From: Alphaproteobacteria bacterium
GTDB taxonomy: Bacteria; Pseudomonadota; Alphaproteobacteria; GM7ARS4; G965262615
Direction: 5' to 3'
Length of the DNA: 64,000 nucleotides
Assembly (NCBI GenBank): GCA_965262615.1
Contig: OZ253545.1
Span: 928,001-992,000, forward strand
Part shown: positions 29,756-39,700 of the stretch, in pieces
Layout: the number at the start of each line of letters is the position of its first letter
How positions within the stretch are numbered: position 1 is the first letter of the stretch
Notes under the pieces: generated by a model
Told to the model about the DNA's origin: nothing
Seen by the model: the letters and a program-made list of their open reading frames with translations, nothing else
The model's database searches: none
Made by a program: the position numbers and the translations under genes

Positions 29756-32587
29756 ATGACTTCATCCACAATTCGCATCAATGGTGCGTCCGAGCATAAT
29801 CTGAAGAACATCAACCTCACCCTGCCACGCAACAAGCTGGTGGTCATCACGGGGCCCTCTGGCTCTGGCAAATCCACCCTCGCCTTTGACACCCTCTACG
29901 CCGAAGGACAAAGACGCTATGTGGAAAGTCTCTCCGCCTACGCTCGCCAATTTTTAGAGGTCATGAAAAAACCAGAGGTGCAGTCCATAGAAGGACTCTC
30001 GCCCGCCATCGCCATTGAACAAAAAACCACAGGACGCAATCCGCGCTCCACAGTGGGAACAGTCACAGAGATTTATGATTACTTGCGTCTGTTGTTTGCT
30101 CATGTGGGAGTGGCCTATTCACCTGCCACGGGCAAAAAAATCGCGGCACAGTCGGTATCGGAGATGGTGGATCGCATTCTCACACAGCCCAAAGGCAAGC
30201 GATTCTACCTGCTCGCTCCCATCATCAAAGGACGCAAAGGCAGCTACAAAAAAGAACTGCAAGAATTCGCCAAACGAGGATTTCAGCGCGTCCGCATTGA
30301 TGGCATCCTGCACGACATTCATCAAAGCCCCACCCTTGATAGCAAGCGCAAACACGATATTGACCTTGTGGTTGATCGTCTGGTGATTGATTCCTCCATC
30401 AAGGAACGCCTTGCCGACAGTCTGGAGACGGCACTGAACGAAAGCGGCGGCATCGCATGGCTGCTGCCCGCCGATGAGAGCGACACACAAGAGCCTCTGA
30501 TTTTTTCATCGCAACTGGCATGCCCCGTGTCTGGCTTTGCCATTGATGAACTCTCACCGCGCCTTTTTTCATTCAATAGCCCGCACGGTGCGTGTCGTCA
30601 TTGCAGTGGGCTGGGGGTGCAAAAGGTGTTTGACCCCTTGCGGGTGATTCCCAATGAACACCGCTCCATTGAAGATGATGCCATCGCACCGTGGCAGCTC
30701 AAACGATTTCACAGACGATACCGCGAGCTCAAAAGTGCTCTCATCAGCCACTACGCCATTGCCCCCGCCGCGCCATGGCGAGAGATTGATGAGTCCGTTC
30801 GTCATGCCCTGCTGCATGGCGAGGAATCTCCCATTGAGCTGCCCATTCATTACGGCAATGGAGCGGTGGCAACCGCGCCCTTTCATGGCATCTTGATGCA
30901 GCTGCAACGAGATTACGACAACAGCGACCGATGGCAACAAGATGACCTCAATCGCTATCTCACCGACCGCAATTGTCCCCACTGTGAAGGAAAGCGTCTG
31001 TGTGAGCAAGCTCTGGCGGTCAAAATAGATCATCAAACCATTGCCGATGTGTGCGATGTTCCCATTGACCAGTGTGCGGCGTGGATTGCCTCGCTGGCAA
31101 AAAAACTGTCCGCCAAGCAACAAGAGATTGGCGAGCGGTTGCTGCTGGAGATTGGCGAGCGGCTGCATTTTTTGAGCGAGGTAGGACTCAATTATTTGAC
31201 GCTGGCGCGCCATGCGGCGAGTCTATCGGGAGGTGAGGGTCAGCGTATTCGTCTGGCATCACAAATTGGCTCTGGGTTGACGGGAGTTTTGTATGTGTTG
31301 GATGAGCCTTCCATCGGCTTGCATCAACGCGACAATGAGCGTCTTCTTGCCACCCTGAAGCGATTGCGAGACTTGGGCAACAGCGTCATCGTGGTGGAAC
31401 ATGACGAAGACACCATTCGCACCGCCGATCATGTGGTGGATATGGGACCCGCCGCAGGCAATGATGGCGGCTTTGTCATGGATGAAGGCACGCCCGCCCA
31501 CATCACCCGCAAGGGCAAGGGACTCACCGCTCAGTATCTGCGAGGGGATAAAAAAATCGCCGTTCCCAAGCAACGCCGTCCCACCGATGCGGCGCGCGCC
31601 ATCACCATTCGTGGGGCACGGGGGCATAATCTGCAAACCATTGATGCCACCTTTCCTTTGGGATGCTTTATCTGTGTGACGGGTGTCTCGGGCAGTGGCA
31701 AATCCACACTGGTGATTGACACCCTCTATGAGGCGGTGCAACAGACACTGGCGCGGCGGCGCACGCTGGATGCCTCGCACTATGAGGCGGTGGAGGGATT
31801 GCAGTGGGTTGACAAGGTGGTGGATATTGACCAATCCCCCATTGGGCGCACGCCTCGTTCCAATCCTGCCACCTATACGGGAGCGTTTGGTCCCATTCGT
31901 GATTGGTATGCCCAGCTGCCTCTGGCTCGCAGTCGTGGATATAAGCCGGGGCGTTTTTCCTTCAATGTCAAAGGAGGACGCTGTGAGCATTGCGGCGGCG
32001 AGGGCATGGTGCGTATTGAGATGCACTTTTTGCCGGATGTCTATGTGGAGTGCGAGCACTGCAAGGGGCATCGTTTTGGCAGAGAGACGCTGCAGGTGCT
32101 GTGGCGCAAGAAATCCATTGCCGATGTGCTTGCCATGACGGTGGATGAGGCGTTTGACTTTTTTCGCGCCATCACGGCGGTCAAAAGCAAGCTGGAACTG
32201 CTTCATCGGGTGGGGCTGGGATACATCACCCTGGGACAACAAGCCACCACCTTGTCCGGAGGCGAGGCACAGCGTATTCGTCTGGCAAAGGAGCTGTCGC
32301 GCCGAGCCACGGGACGCACCCTCTACATTCTTGATGAACCCACCACGGGATTGCACTTTGATGATGTGGCGCAATTGCTCACGGTGTTGCACGAGCTGGT
32401 GGGTCAGGGCAACAGCGTGGTGGTGATTGAACACAATCTGGATGTCATCAAGACCGCCGATTGGATTTTAGACATGGGTCCCGAAGGCGGCGATGGCGGC
32501 GGACGCATCATTGCCTCCGGCACGCCCGAAACCATTGCCAAAGACCCTCACAGCCACACCGGACGCTTTCTCAAAAAGCTCCTGTAA
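29756..32587 (+). CDS. uvrA: Excinuclease ABC subunit A
   Basis: [33 protein letters not shown], zinc-finger Cys pairs, [12 protein letters not shown] and second ABC domain. Divergent from ssb; start set at ATG 29756. Confidence 0.98.
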   Translation: MTSSTIRINGASEHNLKNINLTLPRNKLVVITGPSGSGKSTLAFDTLYAEGQRRYVESLSAYARQFLEVMKKPEVQSIEGLSPAIAIEQKTTGRNPRSTVGTVTEIYDYLRLLFAHVGVAYSPATGKKIAAQSVSEMVDRILTQPKGKRFYLLAPIIKGRKGSYKKELQEFAKRGFQRVRIDGILHDIHQSPTLDSKRKHDIDLVVDRLVIDSSIKERLADSLETALNESGGIAWLLPADESDTQEPLIFSSQLACPVSGFAIDELSPRLFSFNSPHGACRHCSGLGVQKVFDPLRVIPNEHRSIEDDAIAPWQLKRFHRRYRELKSALISHYAIAPAAPWREIDESVRHALLHGEESPIELPIHYGNGAVATAPFHGILMQLQRDYDNSDRWQQDDLNRYLTDRNCPHCEGKRLCEQALAVKIDHQTIADVCDVPIDQCAAWIASLAKKLSAKQQEIGERLLLEIGERLHFLSEVGLNYLTLARHAASLSGGEGQRIRLASQIGSGLTGVLYVLDEPSIGLHQRDNERLLATLKRLRDLGNSVIVVEHDEDTIRTADHVVDMGPAAGNDGGFVMDEGTPAHITRKGKGLTAQYLRGDKKIAVPKQRRPTDAARAITIRGARGHNLQTIDATFPLGCFICVTGVSGSGKSTLVIDTLYEAVQQTLARRRTLDASHYEAVEGLQWVDKVVDIDQSPIGRTPRSNPATYTGAFGPIRDWYAQLPLARSRGYKPGRFSFNVKGGRCEHCGGEGMVRIEMHFLPDVYVECEHCKGHRFGRETLQVLWRKKSIADVLAMTVDEAFDFFRAITAVKSKLELLHRVGLGYITLGQQATTLSGGEAQRIRLAKELSRRATGRTLYILDEPTTGLHFDDVAQLLTVLHELVGQGNSVVVIEHNLDVIKTADWILDMGPEGGDGGGRIIASGTPETIAKDPHSHTGRFLKKLL

Positions 32588-33089
32588 AAGGCTTCATGTG
32601 GTCATGCAATGAAGACGGCACATCGTCAATGGATGCAATGTGCAGAGCGTTTTGTGTTTGCCCCACCTCATCATCACCGAATGCCACATTGACGACTTCA
32701 TCTTCCAGCGTCCACATTGCTCCCGTTGCGGGGTCAACAATCAGCCAGCCGATAAGACCGCCAAAAAACAGATTGCCTGCGACATACCATGCACGCACCG
32801 ATGCCGAAAGGGGAACAACGCGCTCGCCGCCACCCGCTTTTGTGAAGACGATGGTGTAATCCGCCCTTTCAAAGTATCCGCCACTGGCTTTGAGAGAGAC
32901 GGTGGCGGGGGTGCGTCCGTTGTGGAGGATAATTCCCTGATTATTTTTGACCACAAAGCGCACCCCTTCGGGCGATGACTGAATTGAGACCAAATCGGGC
33001 GATGACCCTTTGACAATACTGGCACAGCCAGCAAGAAGCACCGCCAATGGACACACACTGGCAAGCAGAAAGATGAACCGTTTTTTCAT
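32571..33089 (-). CDS. Lipoprotein with PEGA-like domain (paralogue of 9591-10100)
   Basis: Near-identical protein. Its 3' end overlaps the uvrA stop. Confidence 0.82.
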   Translation of the reverse strand: MKKRFIFLLASVCPLAVLLAGCASIVKGSSPDLVSIQSSPEGVRFVVKNNQGIILHNGRTPATVSLKASGGYFERADYTIVFTKAGGGERVVPLSASVRAWYVAGNLFFGGLIGWLIVDPATGAMWTLEDEVVNVAFGDDEVGQTQNALHIASIDDVPSSLHDHMKPFTGAF

Positions 33090-33297
33090 AACGAGACTCC
33101 TTAGGTTAGTTTTTGTTCATAAAGCCCAACTCATGTCGGGCTTTGCAAAGCCACCTAAGGACAGCTCCTACCTATTTCCTTTCCACACGCGAGGCGAGGT
33201 CGGGTGTTGTATTCAGTAAGAAGCCCGACCCACGCACATGGGTCAGACCTTAGGTTTATTGCTCTTACAGAATACAAAAAAACGCTGATATTTTCAA
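32587..33297. repeat. Inverted repeat, copy 2 (711 bp), including promoter and structured leader
   Basis: Reverse complement of 9383-10093. Confidence 0.95.
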
Positions 33298-33316
33298 TAA
33301 AAATTTACCCGACCTA

Positions 33317-33688
33317 TTATTGGCGAGTGGTATTGCTCAGGTTATATTTTCTTTCAAGCTTCAATTGCTCAATGTGGCGGATTTCTTTGTCCAATTGACT
33401 GACCAGCTTTGTCCTTTCCTCACCTTCGGGCATCGCCAACACATCATTCTTTCGATTGACTAATGCCATCAGCTCAACATTCAAAAGACGCTCATCCATG
33501 CGGTTAATCATCCGCAACAGCAATTCGTTTTGCTTGTCAAGCCGAGCATTAACGGCAGCAAATTGGGAATTAATATCCGCTTTGAATGCCGATATGTGAG
33601 AAGACACATAAAAACCGAATGCGATGGCAATCACCACCATCACGCCCTTTGTTCCAATTGTTTCTGCTGCCAGCTTCCAAAAACTCAT
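33317..33688 (-). CDS. Membrane-anchored coiled-coil protein, paralogue 1
   Basis: MSFWKL.., N-terminal TM, AFKADINSQFAAVNARLDKQN heptads and conserved C-terminus (DERLLNVELMAL...LDKEIRHIEQLK). Confidence 0.8.
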   Translation of the reverse strand: MSFWKLAAETIGTKGVMVVIAIAFGFYVSSHISAFKADINSQFAAVNARLDKQNELLLRMINRMDERLLNVELMALVNRKNDVLAMPEGEERTKLVSQLDKEIRHIEQLKLERKYNLSNTTRQ

Positions 33689-33787
33689 CGTGACATCCTC
33701 ACTTAAGTTATTGTCTTTTAATCCCTTTTGTCAAGTTGATTGTGAGGATTTTGAAAATCGACGCAAGAAGCCGAACAGACGCGATTC

Positions 33788-33951
33788 TTTAGTAAAAGTA
33801 GCGAATTACCAACACAGAATGTTTGACCATTGCGCGGATCAATTAATCTATAAACATAGTGTCCGAGTTCTTTTGTAGTGTCTGAACTAAATTGACCAGC
33901 CACAATGTCCTCCTCCACTTTCTCAATCGCATTGTATTCAGCAAGAAACAC
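33788..33951 (-). pseudogene. Internally deleted copy of the GIY-YIG nuclease gene
   Basis: First ~47 codons (LAEYNAI..YVYRLIDPRNGQTF) are joined directly to TTCGCTACTTTTAC, which matches the last codons of the intact gene (TTCGCTATTTTTAC). Confidence 0.85.
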
Positions 33952-33953
33952 CG

Positions 33954-34304
33954 CTACTGACGAGTGGTGTCGTCAAGTTCATATTTTCTTTCAAACTTCA
34001 ATTGTTCAATGTGGCGTATTCTTTTATCCAGTTGGTTCGCCGTATCCGACCTCTCCTGACTATCGGGCTGAGCCAGCACAATATCTTTTCTATTGTTTAA
34101 TGCCATCAGCTCAACATCCAAAAGACGCTCATCTATGCGCTTAAACATCCGCATCAAAAATTCGTTTTGTTCGTCAAACCGAGCATCAAGATCCGTTTTG
34201 AATTCTGATATGTGAGAAGAAACATAAAAAGTGGCTGCGATGGCAATCATCACCAGCACGCCGGTTCTTCCAATTGTTTCTGTTGCCAGCTTCCAAAAAC
34301 TCAT
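33954..34304 (-). CDS. Membrane-anchored coiled-coil protein, paralogue 2 (shortest stalk)
   Basis: EFKTDLDARFDEQN, same N- and C-termini as the other paralogues, AAGGA RBS. Confidence 0.8.
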   Translation of the reverse strand: MSFWKLATETIGRTGVLVMIAIAATFYVSSHISEFKTDLDARFDEQNEFLMRMFKRIDERLLDVELMALNNRKDIVLAQPDSQERSDTANQLDKRIRHIEQLKFERKYELDDTTRQ

Positions 34305-34410
34305 CATGACATCCTTACTCAAATTATTGTCTTTTAATCCCTTTTGTCAAGTTGATTGTGAGGCTTTCTAAAATCAACCCATGAGGCTATGCAACAGAGC
34401 CTATTCTTTA

Positions 34411-34770
34411 TTACCAAGAATAGTGAACAGGCGAGGCATCGCCTTTGTCTTTTGGCAATATTTTTCCTAGAAAAAGCTTTTTAACATCATCAGGAGCTTC
34501 TTCTCCTTCAAAGCCGTATCTGTCTGGCTCGCCTTCTTCATTTGGAAAATTTTCTTTTGTTGCTTCCATCCATCTATCTGCGACAAAAACGCCCACGACC
34601 ACTCCATGTTGCTCAGCCAACACATAATCAGCTTCTTGCGCCCTATCTACATCAATTTTCCACGCATATCTGACCGCGTCATAAACACCTTTTTCGTCAG
34701 CCGTATGGTTGACATTGACGAACATTAATTGCAGTCCATCCATATCCTCTTTTTTAATTTCTTCAGTCAT
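34411..34770 (-). CDS. Stand-alone acidic homologue of the nuclease C-terminal domain
   Basis: Aligns with the C-terminal half of 35354-36163 (YDAVRYAW..DRA.EADYVLA...GFEG.EAPD...ASPV). Has its own GGAGG RBS and a TTGCTA-N17-TATTCT promoter at 34805-34833. Confidence 0.8.
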   Translation of the reverse strand: MTEEIKKEDMDGLQLMFVNVNHTADEKGVYDAVRYAWKIDVDRAQEADYVLAEQHGVVVGVFVADRWMEATKENFPNEEGEPDRYGFEGEEAPDDVKKLFLGKILPKDKGDASPVHYSW

Positions 34771-34852
34771 AATGGAATCCTCCAGTATCGGTTTGTGTAT
34801 TCAGAGAATATCAAAAGCACGGATAATTAGCAAGGGCAATTCACCCGACCCA

Positions 34853-35245
34853 TTATTGGCGAGTGGCATCGTTCAAGTCATATTTTCTGTCAAACTTCAA
34901 TTGCTCAATACGGCGTATTTCTTTGTCCAATTGACTGACCAGTTTTGTCCTTTCCTCACCTTCAGGCATCGCCAACACATGATCCTTTCTATTGTTTAAT
35001 GCCATCAGTTCAACATTCAAAAGACGCTCATCCATGCGTTGAATCATCCGCAGCAACAATTCGTTTTGCTTGTCAAGCCGAGCATTAACGGCAGCAAATT
35101 GGGCATTAACATCCGCAAATTGGGCATTAATATCCGCTTTGAATGCCGATATGTGAGAAGACACATAAAAACCGAATGCGATGGCAATCATCACCAGAAC
35201 GCCGGTTCTTCCAATTGTTTCTGTTGCCAGCTTCCAAAAACTCAT
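34853..35245 (-). CDS. Membrane-anchored coiled-coil protein, paralogue 3
   Basis: AFKADINAQFADVNAQFAAVNARLDKQN, one heptad more than paralogue 1. Confidence 0.8.
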   Translation of the reverse strand: MSFWKLATETIGRTGVLVMIAIAFGFYVSSHISAFKADINAQFADVNAQFAAVNARLDKQNELLLRMIQRMDERLLNVELMALNNRKDHVLAMPEGEERTKLVSQLDKEIRRIEQLKFDRKYDLNDATRQ

Positions 35246-35353
35246 CGTCACACCCTTCCCTATGCTAAATTATTGTCTTTTGATTCCTTTTGTCAAGTTG
35301 ATTGTGAGGATTTTGAAAATCAACGCAAGAAGCCGAACAGACGCGATTTCCTA

Positions 35354-36163
35354 TCAACCCCTGTCGTAAAAATAGCGAACAGGCGATGCCTCTCCTTTTT
35401 TTCTTTTCATGCCGTCTGGCAATCTTCTTCTGTGAAAAAATTTTTTAATTTCATCAGGAGCTTCTTTTCCTTCAAAGCCCCATCTTTTTGACACGCCCTC
35501 TTTGCCTGGAAAATTTCTTGTTGTTGCCTTCATCCATTTCTCTGCGATAAAAACGCCCTTTACCAATCCCTGCTGGATAGCCAACACATAATCAGCTTCG
35601 CGCGCTCTATCTACATTAATTCTCCACGCATATCTGACCGCATCATATGCTTCTTCTTCGCCAGCTGTTCTGTTGATATTGATGAGCAGCAACTTATAGC
35701 GTTTGATATCCTCTTCTTGAATTTCCTTTGCTTCATACTTTTCAATCACTTGTTTGGCGTGCATGACACCGCGATCGGCATAATGTCCCGAAATTTCATT
35801 TAATACTTCGGGATAAGCATCAATTAATGCCGCTTCCACTTCAAAAGCTGTGTTCTCATCTAAGCCATGACGATGGATAATGTGGGCAACTTTGAAGCCA
35901 TCGTTTTTAATCTGTGCAATGCGTTTTATTTTGTCACTGTTTTGGTCGACTTCTTCCTCCGTCATATCCTCCATGACACCATCAGCGTGTTGAAAGACGC
36001 GATCCCCTTTGCCTTTGCCAACATAGAATGTTTGACCATTGCGCGGGTCAATTAATCTATAAACATAGTACTTGAGTTTTTCTGCGGTTTCTAAACGAAA
36101 TCGACCAGCCACAATGTCCTCCTCCACTTTTCCAATCGCATTGTATTCAGCAAGAGACACCAC
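35354..36163 (-). CDS. LEM-3/ANKLE1-like (COG3680-type) GIY-YIG nuclease
   Basis: YYVYRLIDPRNGQTFYVGKGKGDRVFQH...AFEVEAALID...LN: GIY-YIG hairpin with conserved Arg, Glu and Asn. Start overlaps the paralogue 4 stop (TAGTG). Confidence 0.85.
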   Translation of the reverse strand: MVSLAEYNAIGKVEEDIVAGRFRLETAEKLKYYVYRLIDPRNGQTFYVGKGKGDRVFQHADGVMEDMTEEEVDQNSDKIKRIAQIKNDGFKVAHIIHRHGLDENTAFEVEAALIDAYPEVLNEISGHYADRGVMHAKQVIEKYEAKEIQEEDIKRYKLLLININRTAGEEEAYDAVRYAWRINVDRAREADYVLAIQQGLVKGVFIAEKWMKATTRNFPGKEGVSKRWGFEGKEAPDEIKKFFHRRRLPDGMKRKKGEASPVRYFYDRG

Positions 36164-36654
36164 TACTGACGAGTGGTGTCGTCAAGTTCATATTTTCTTT
36201 CAAACTTCAATTGCTCAATGTGGCGGATTTCTTTGTCCAATTGACTGACCAGCTTTGCCCTTTCCTCACTTTGAGGCATCGCCAGCACATCATTCCTTCG
36301 ATTGACCAATGCCATCAGTTCAACATTCAAAAGACGCTCATCCATGCGTTGAATCATCCGCAGCAACAATTCGTTTTGCTCGTCAAACCGAGCATCCATG
36401 GCATCAAACCGAGCATCCATGGCATCAAATCTGGCATCCATGGCATCAAATCTGGCTTCAAATTTGGCATCCATGGCATCAAATTCGGCTTCAAATTTGG
36501 TATCCATGGCGGCGATTTGGGAATCAATATCCGTTTTGAATTCTGATACATGAAAATAAAATGTAAAAGACACATAAAAAGTGCCCGCGATGGCAATCAT
36601 CACCAGCGCGCCCGTCCTTCCAATTGATTCTGTGATCAGCTTCCAAACACTCAT
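36163..36654 (-). CDS. Membrane-anchored coiled-coil protein, paralogue 4 (expanded FDAMDAR repeats)
   Basis: 21-bp and 33-bp tandem repeats at ~36384-36508 encode ...KFEAEFDAMDAKFEARFDAMDARFDAMDARFDAMDARFDEQN. Confidence 0.82.
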   Translation of the reverse strand: MSVWKLITESIGRTGALVMIAIAGTFYVSFTFYFHVSEFKTDIDSQIAAMDTKFEAEFDAMDAKFEARFDAMDARFDAMDARFDAMDARFDEQNELLLRMIQRMDERLLNVELMALVNRRNDVLAMPQSEERAKLVSQLDKEIRHIEQLKFERKYELDDTTRQ

Positions 36655-36786
36655 CGCACCATCCTTCCTTAAATTATTGTCTTTTAATCCCTTTTGTCAA
36701 GTTGATTGTGAGGCTTTCTAAAATCAACCCATGAGGCTATGCAACAAAAGAGCGTCAATCGTTCCTCAATTCACAGAGAAAAGTTG

Positions 36787-39700
36787 ATGACACAATACAA
36801 AAAATGGTTGGCGGGGATGGTGGCACTGAGCGTCATGCCATCAGGCGCACACGGTCTGCCGGACAAATGCGCCATCAGCAGTGATGCCAATGACAATAAC
36901 AAAGTCACCATCAATTGCGAGGGCAATCACTCATTGGGCATCACGGAATCCGACATGATGACCGGCACAACTCCCGCCCAATGGGGCGAGGTGACCATCA
37001 ATCTTCGCAATCTCACCCACGACATCAACACGGTCGCATCCAGAAAAACTGCCATTTTATTTGGTTATGACCTTGGTCCCACCACAGGGAACATCATCGT
37101 CAATAATCAGATTCATGATGCCACCCGGCACACCATCACGGGATATGAGGAGGGCTTATTTATTGCTGGCAACAGTGGCGGCACGGTGACACTCAACAAT
37201 GCGGGCACCATTAGCATCACGGGAGGCAGAGGCGATGCGGTGGAGCTGAATGCCCCTCAGGGATCCCATCTGGTGAATACCGGCAGGATTATTGGCATGG
37301 GAACAAATTCCAATGGTGTGCAGCTGGATCAGTCTTTGGGGGACGGGGCATTGTCGCTCGTCAATCGCAATCTCATTGAAACCCGTGGTGATGGGGGGCG
37401 CGCCGTGCATTTCAACATGTTATCGGCTCGCAGTCAGACAGCAGGAGCGGTGACCATTCACAATGAAAGTGGCGGTGTCATTCGCACCCAAGCCGACAGA
37501 GTCAGTTACTATTTACCCGAAGCGGTGATTATTCCCATCAGTCGGACTTTTTCCACAGTGACGCTGGAAAACGCGGGGCTCATTGAAGCCATTGGGTCAG
37601 GGGGCAGCGGCGTGGATATTGTCAGTCGCGATAATCAAGGTGAGAGCGTCACGGTTCTCAACAAAAGCGGCGGGCGTATTCATGCCAGTGGTGACCTCTA
37701 TGAAGATCCTCAAGGCAGGCATTATGATGCCAACGGTGTGCAAATTATCATGAAGCAACAAGCGGTGGCAATCACGGTGGAAAATGGCGAGACCAATGCC
37801 CCCAAAGACAGCAGCATCATCGCCACAGGCACGGGCGGCAGAGGTGTCTATGTGCAGGTGGATGGCAATAAAGCAGGCGGCGATGTCATGATTCGCAACC
37901 ACGCACGAGGCACGATTGCCACCCGTCTGCCACGAGGGCTGACTCTTTTGACCCAAGGGGATAATCCCGACCGCAGTGATGCCATTCGCATTGAAGCCCC
38001 CAGCAGCGCAGGCGCAATGACGGTGGATAATGCAGGATTGATAGAGGCATGGCGCAACGGTGGGCATGGGGTGTCCGCCATTCTCACCAGTGGGACGGGC
38101 GGTGGCTTTTCTTTGACCAACCGAGCAGGGGCAACCATTGACACTCGCGGCGCACTGCAAGACACCATCGGTAGCGATGCGGTGTATATCAGTGCCGTGA
38201 GCGGCGGCAAGGCAATGACGGTGGATAACAGTGGCACGATTCGCGCTGGCGGCTCTCACAGTCGGGCGGTGTCCATTTTGATGAGCCGCAGCACGGGGGA
38301 TGCCACCATCACCAACAGGGCAACGGGCATCATGAGCACCGTGCCCTATCCCACCAGTCCCACCACCAGCAGCACCATTGCCGAACACGGCATTTATATT
38401 GATGCCAAAAATGCCACAGGGGATGTGAGCGTCACCAATCAGGGGCATATTGAGGTGGGACATCAAAACAGCGATGGCATTTATATTGATGCCGCCAGTA
38501 GCACAGGGGATGTGTCGGTGATTCATGAGGGCGCACTGGTGCTGCATGATGAAACCAGCACCGCCACCACCATCAAAGGAGGCTCATCAGCCATTGAACT
38601 GCGCTACAAAAGAAATGCCGTCATGGCTCTGCTGGCGGACGGGCACGATTTGAATCTGCTCTCCCTCACTGGCGGCAGCACCGCCACCAATGACCCCAAT
38701 GACATCACCATTGAATCCTTCGTGGGCATGGAGGGCGGCATAAAGACGGGCGCGGGCGTTGAGCGTCTCACCATTGAGAAGGATGCCACCCTAATCATGA
38801 CCTCATTGGACATGGGAACGGGCAACGATCGCATCGTTGTCAATGGCACGCTGGGATTGCTGCCACGCACCTACAATAATGTGGAGACATTGTCTCAGGG
38901 GGCAACGGGGCGATTGTATTTTTTGCAAGCCAGTCAAAAGTCTCATGCCGACTTTGGCTCTGCCGCGCTCACTTTGGCAGGAGACATTGTGTTGGGCGAT
39001 GACTTTGAGATGCTGGTGGGCGATGACGATGTCATTTTAGAAACCGATGGCAGATTGAATGTGGATGATTTAGACCCCGTGCTGCAATTTGCCAGTGATT
39101 CGGCGGTGCACAATCAGTATTCGTGGACCAGTCAGAGCCATACTGTGTCGGTGGCGCGCGATTTTCGCTTTGTGTCGGATTCATCGGTGGTGGGAGAGCG
39201 TTTGACATCGGTGGCGCGCTATTTAGATGAGGTGATTGCCGCCACCAAAGGAGATTCGTTGTCTGCCGCCAATAAACTGGCTCTCAAACGCATGGCGACC
39301 GCCATTGCCGATGAGGCGGCAACCAGTGGTTTTCAAGACGGTCTCAATGTGGTGAGTGGAGCGGTTTATGGGGCGATCAATGAGTTTGCCTATCAGTCTC
39401 ATCAATCGTTTATGCGTCAGATTTTTGATGACCCGTGCCATCTGCCTGTTGCGGATCGTGTTGTGGATGTGGAGGGCAGTCAGTCTTTTTTGCTGTTTGA
39501 CGGTGACGGCGAATCCATAGCGGTGGGAGGAGTCCAGCCTCTGCCTGATTCCTTGCGAAACAAAGAAGAGGTGGATGATGTGGATGACCCTGTGGTGTTA
39601 TGGGACACCGCGCCGCATCGCTCGTGTGAGTTTATCGCCTTTGGCGGCGGCGTGACCCAAAGCAAAAACTCACAAGAATCGGCTGGATTTGATGAATACA

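Larger units (their letters stand above)
33707..36746 (-). repeat. Four copies of an ~80-bp promoter/operator repeat (33707-33787, 34321-34396, 35268-35348, 36671-36746), alternating types A and B
   Basis: Shared core TTATTGTCTTTTAATCCCTTTTGTCAAGTTGATTGTGAGG. The minus strand reads TTGACA...AATAAT, with a dyad GTTGATT-N14-AATCAAC abutting the -35 (AATCGAC in the first copy). Confidence 0.92.

Noticed and set aside
33317-36654. Diversity-generating retroelement or retron behind the paralogue variation
   Set aside because: No reverse transcriptase is present, and the differences are not adenine-specific.
33707-36746. CRISPR array or integron attC sites
   Set aside because: The repeats are ~80 bp and separated by whole genes. 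The dyad runs GTT...AAC, opposite to the attC order, and no cas or integron integrase gene is in the window.
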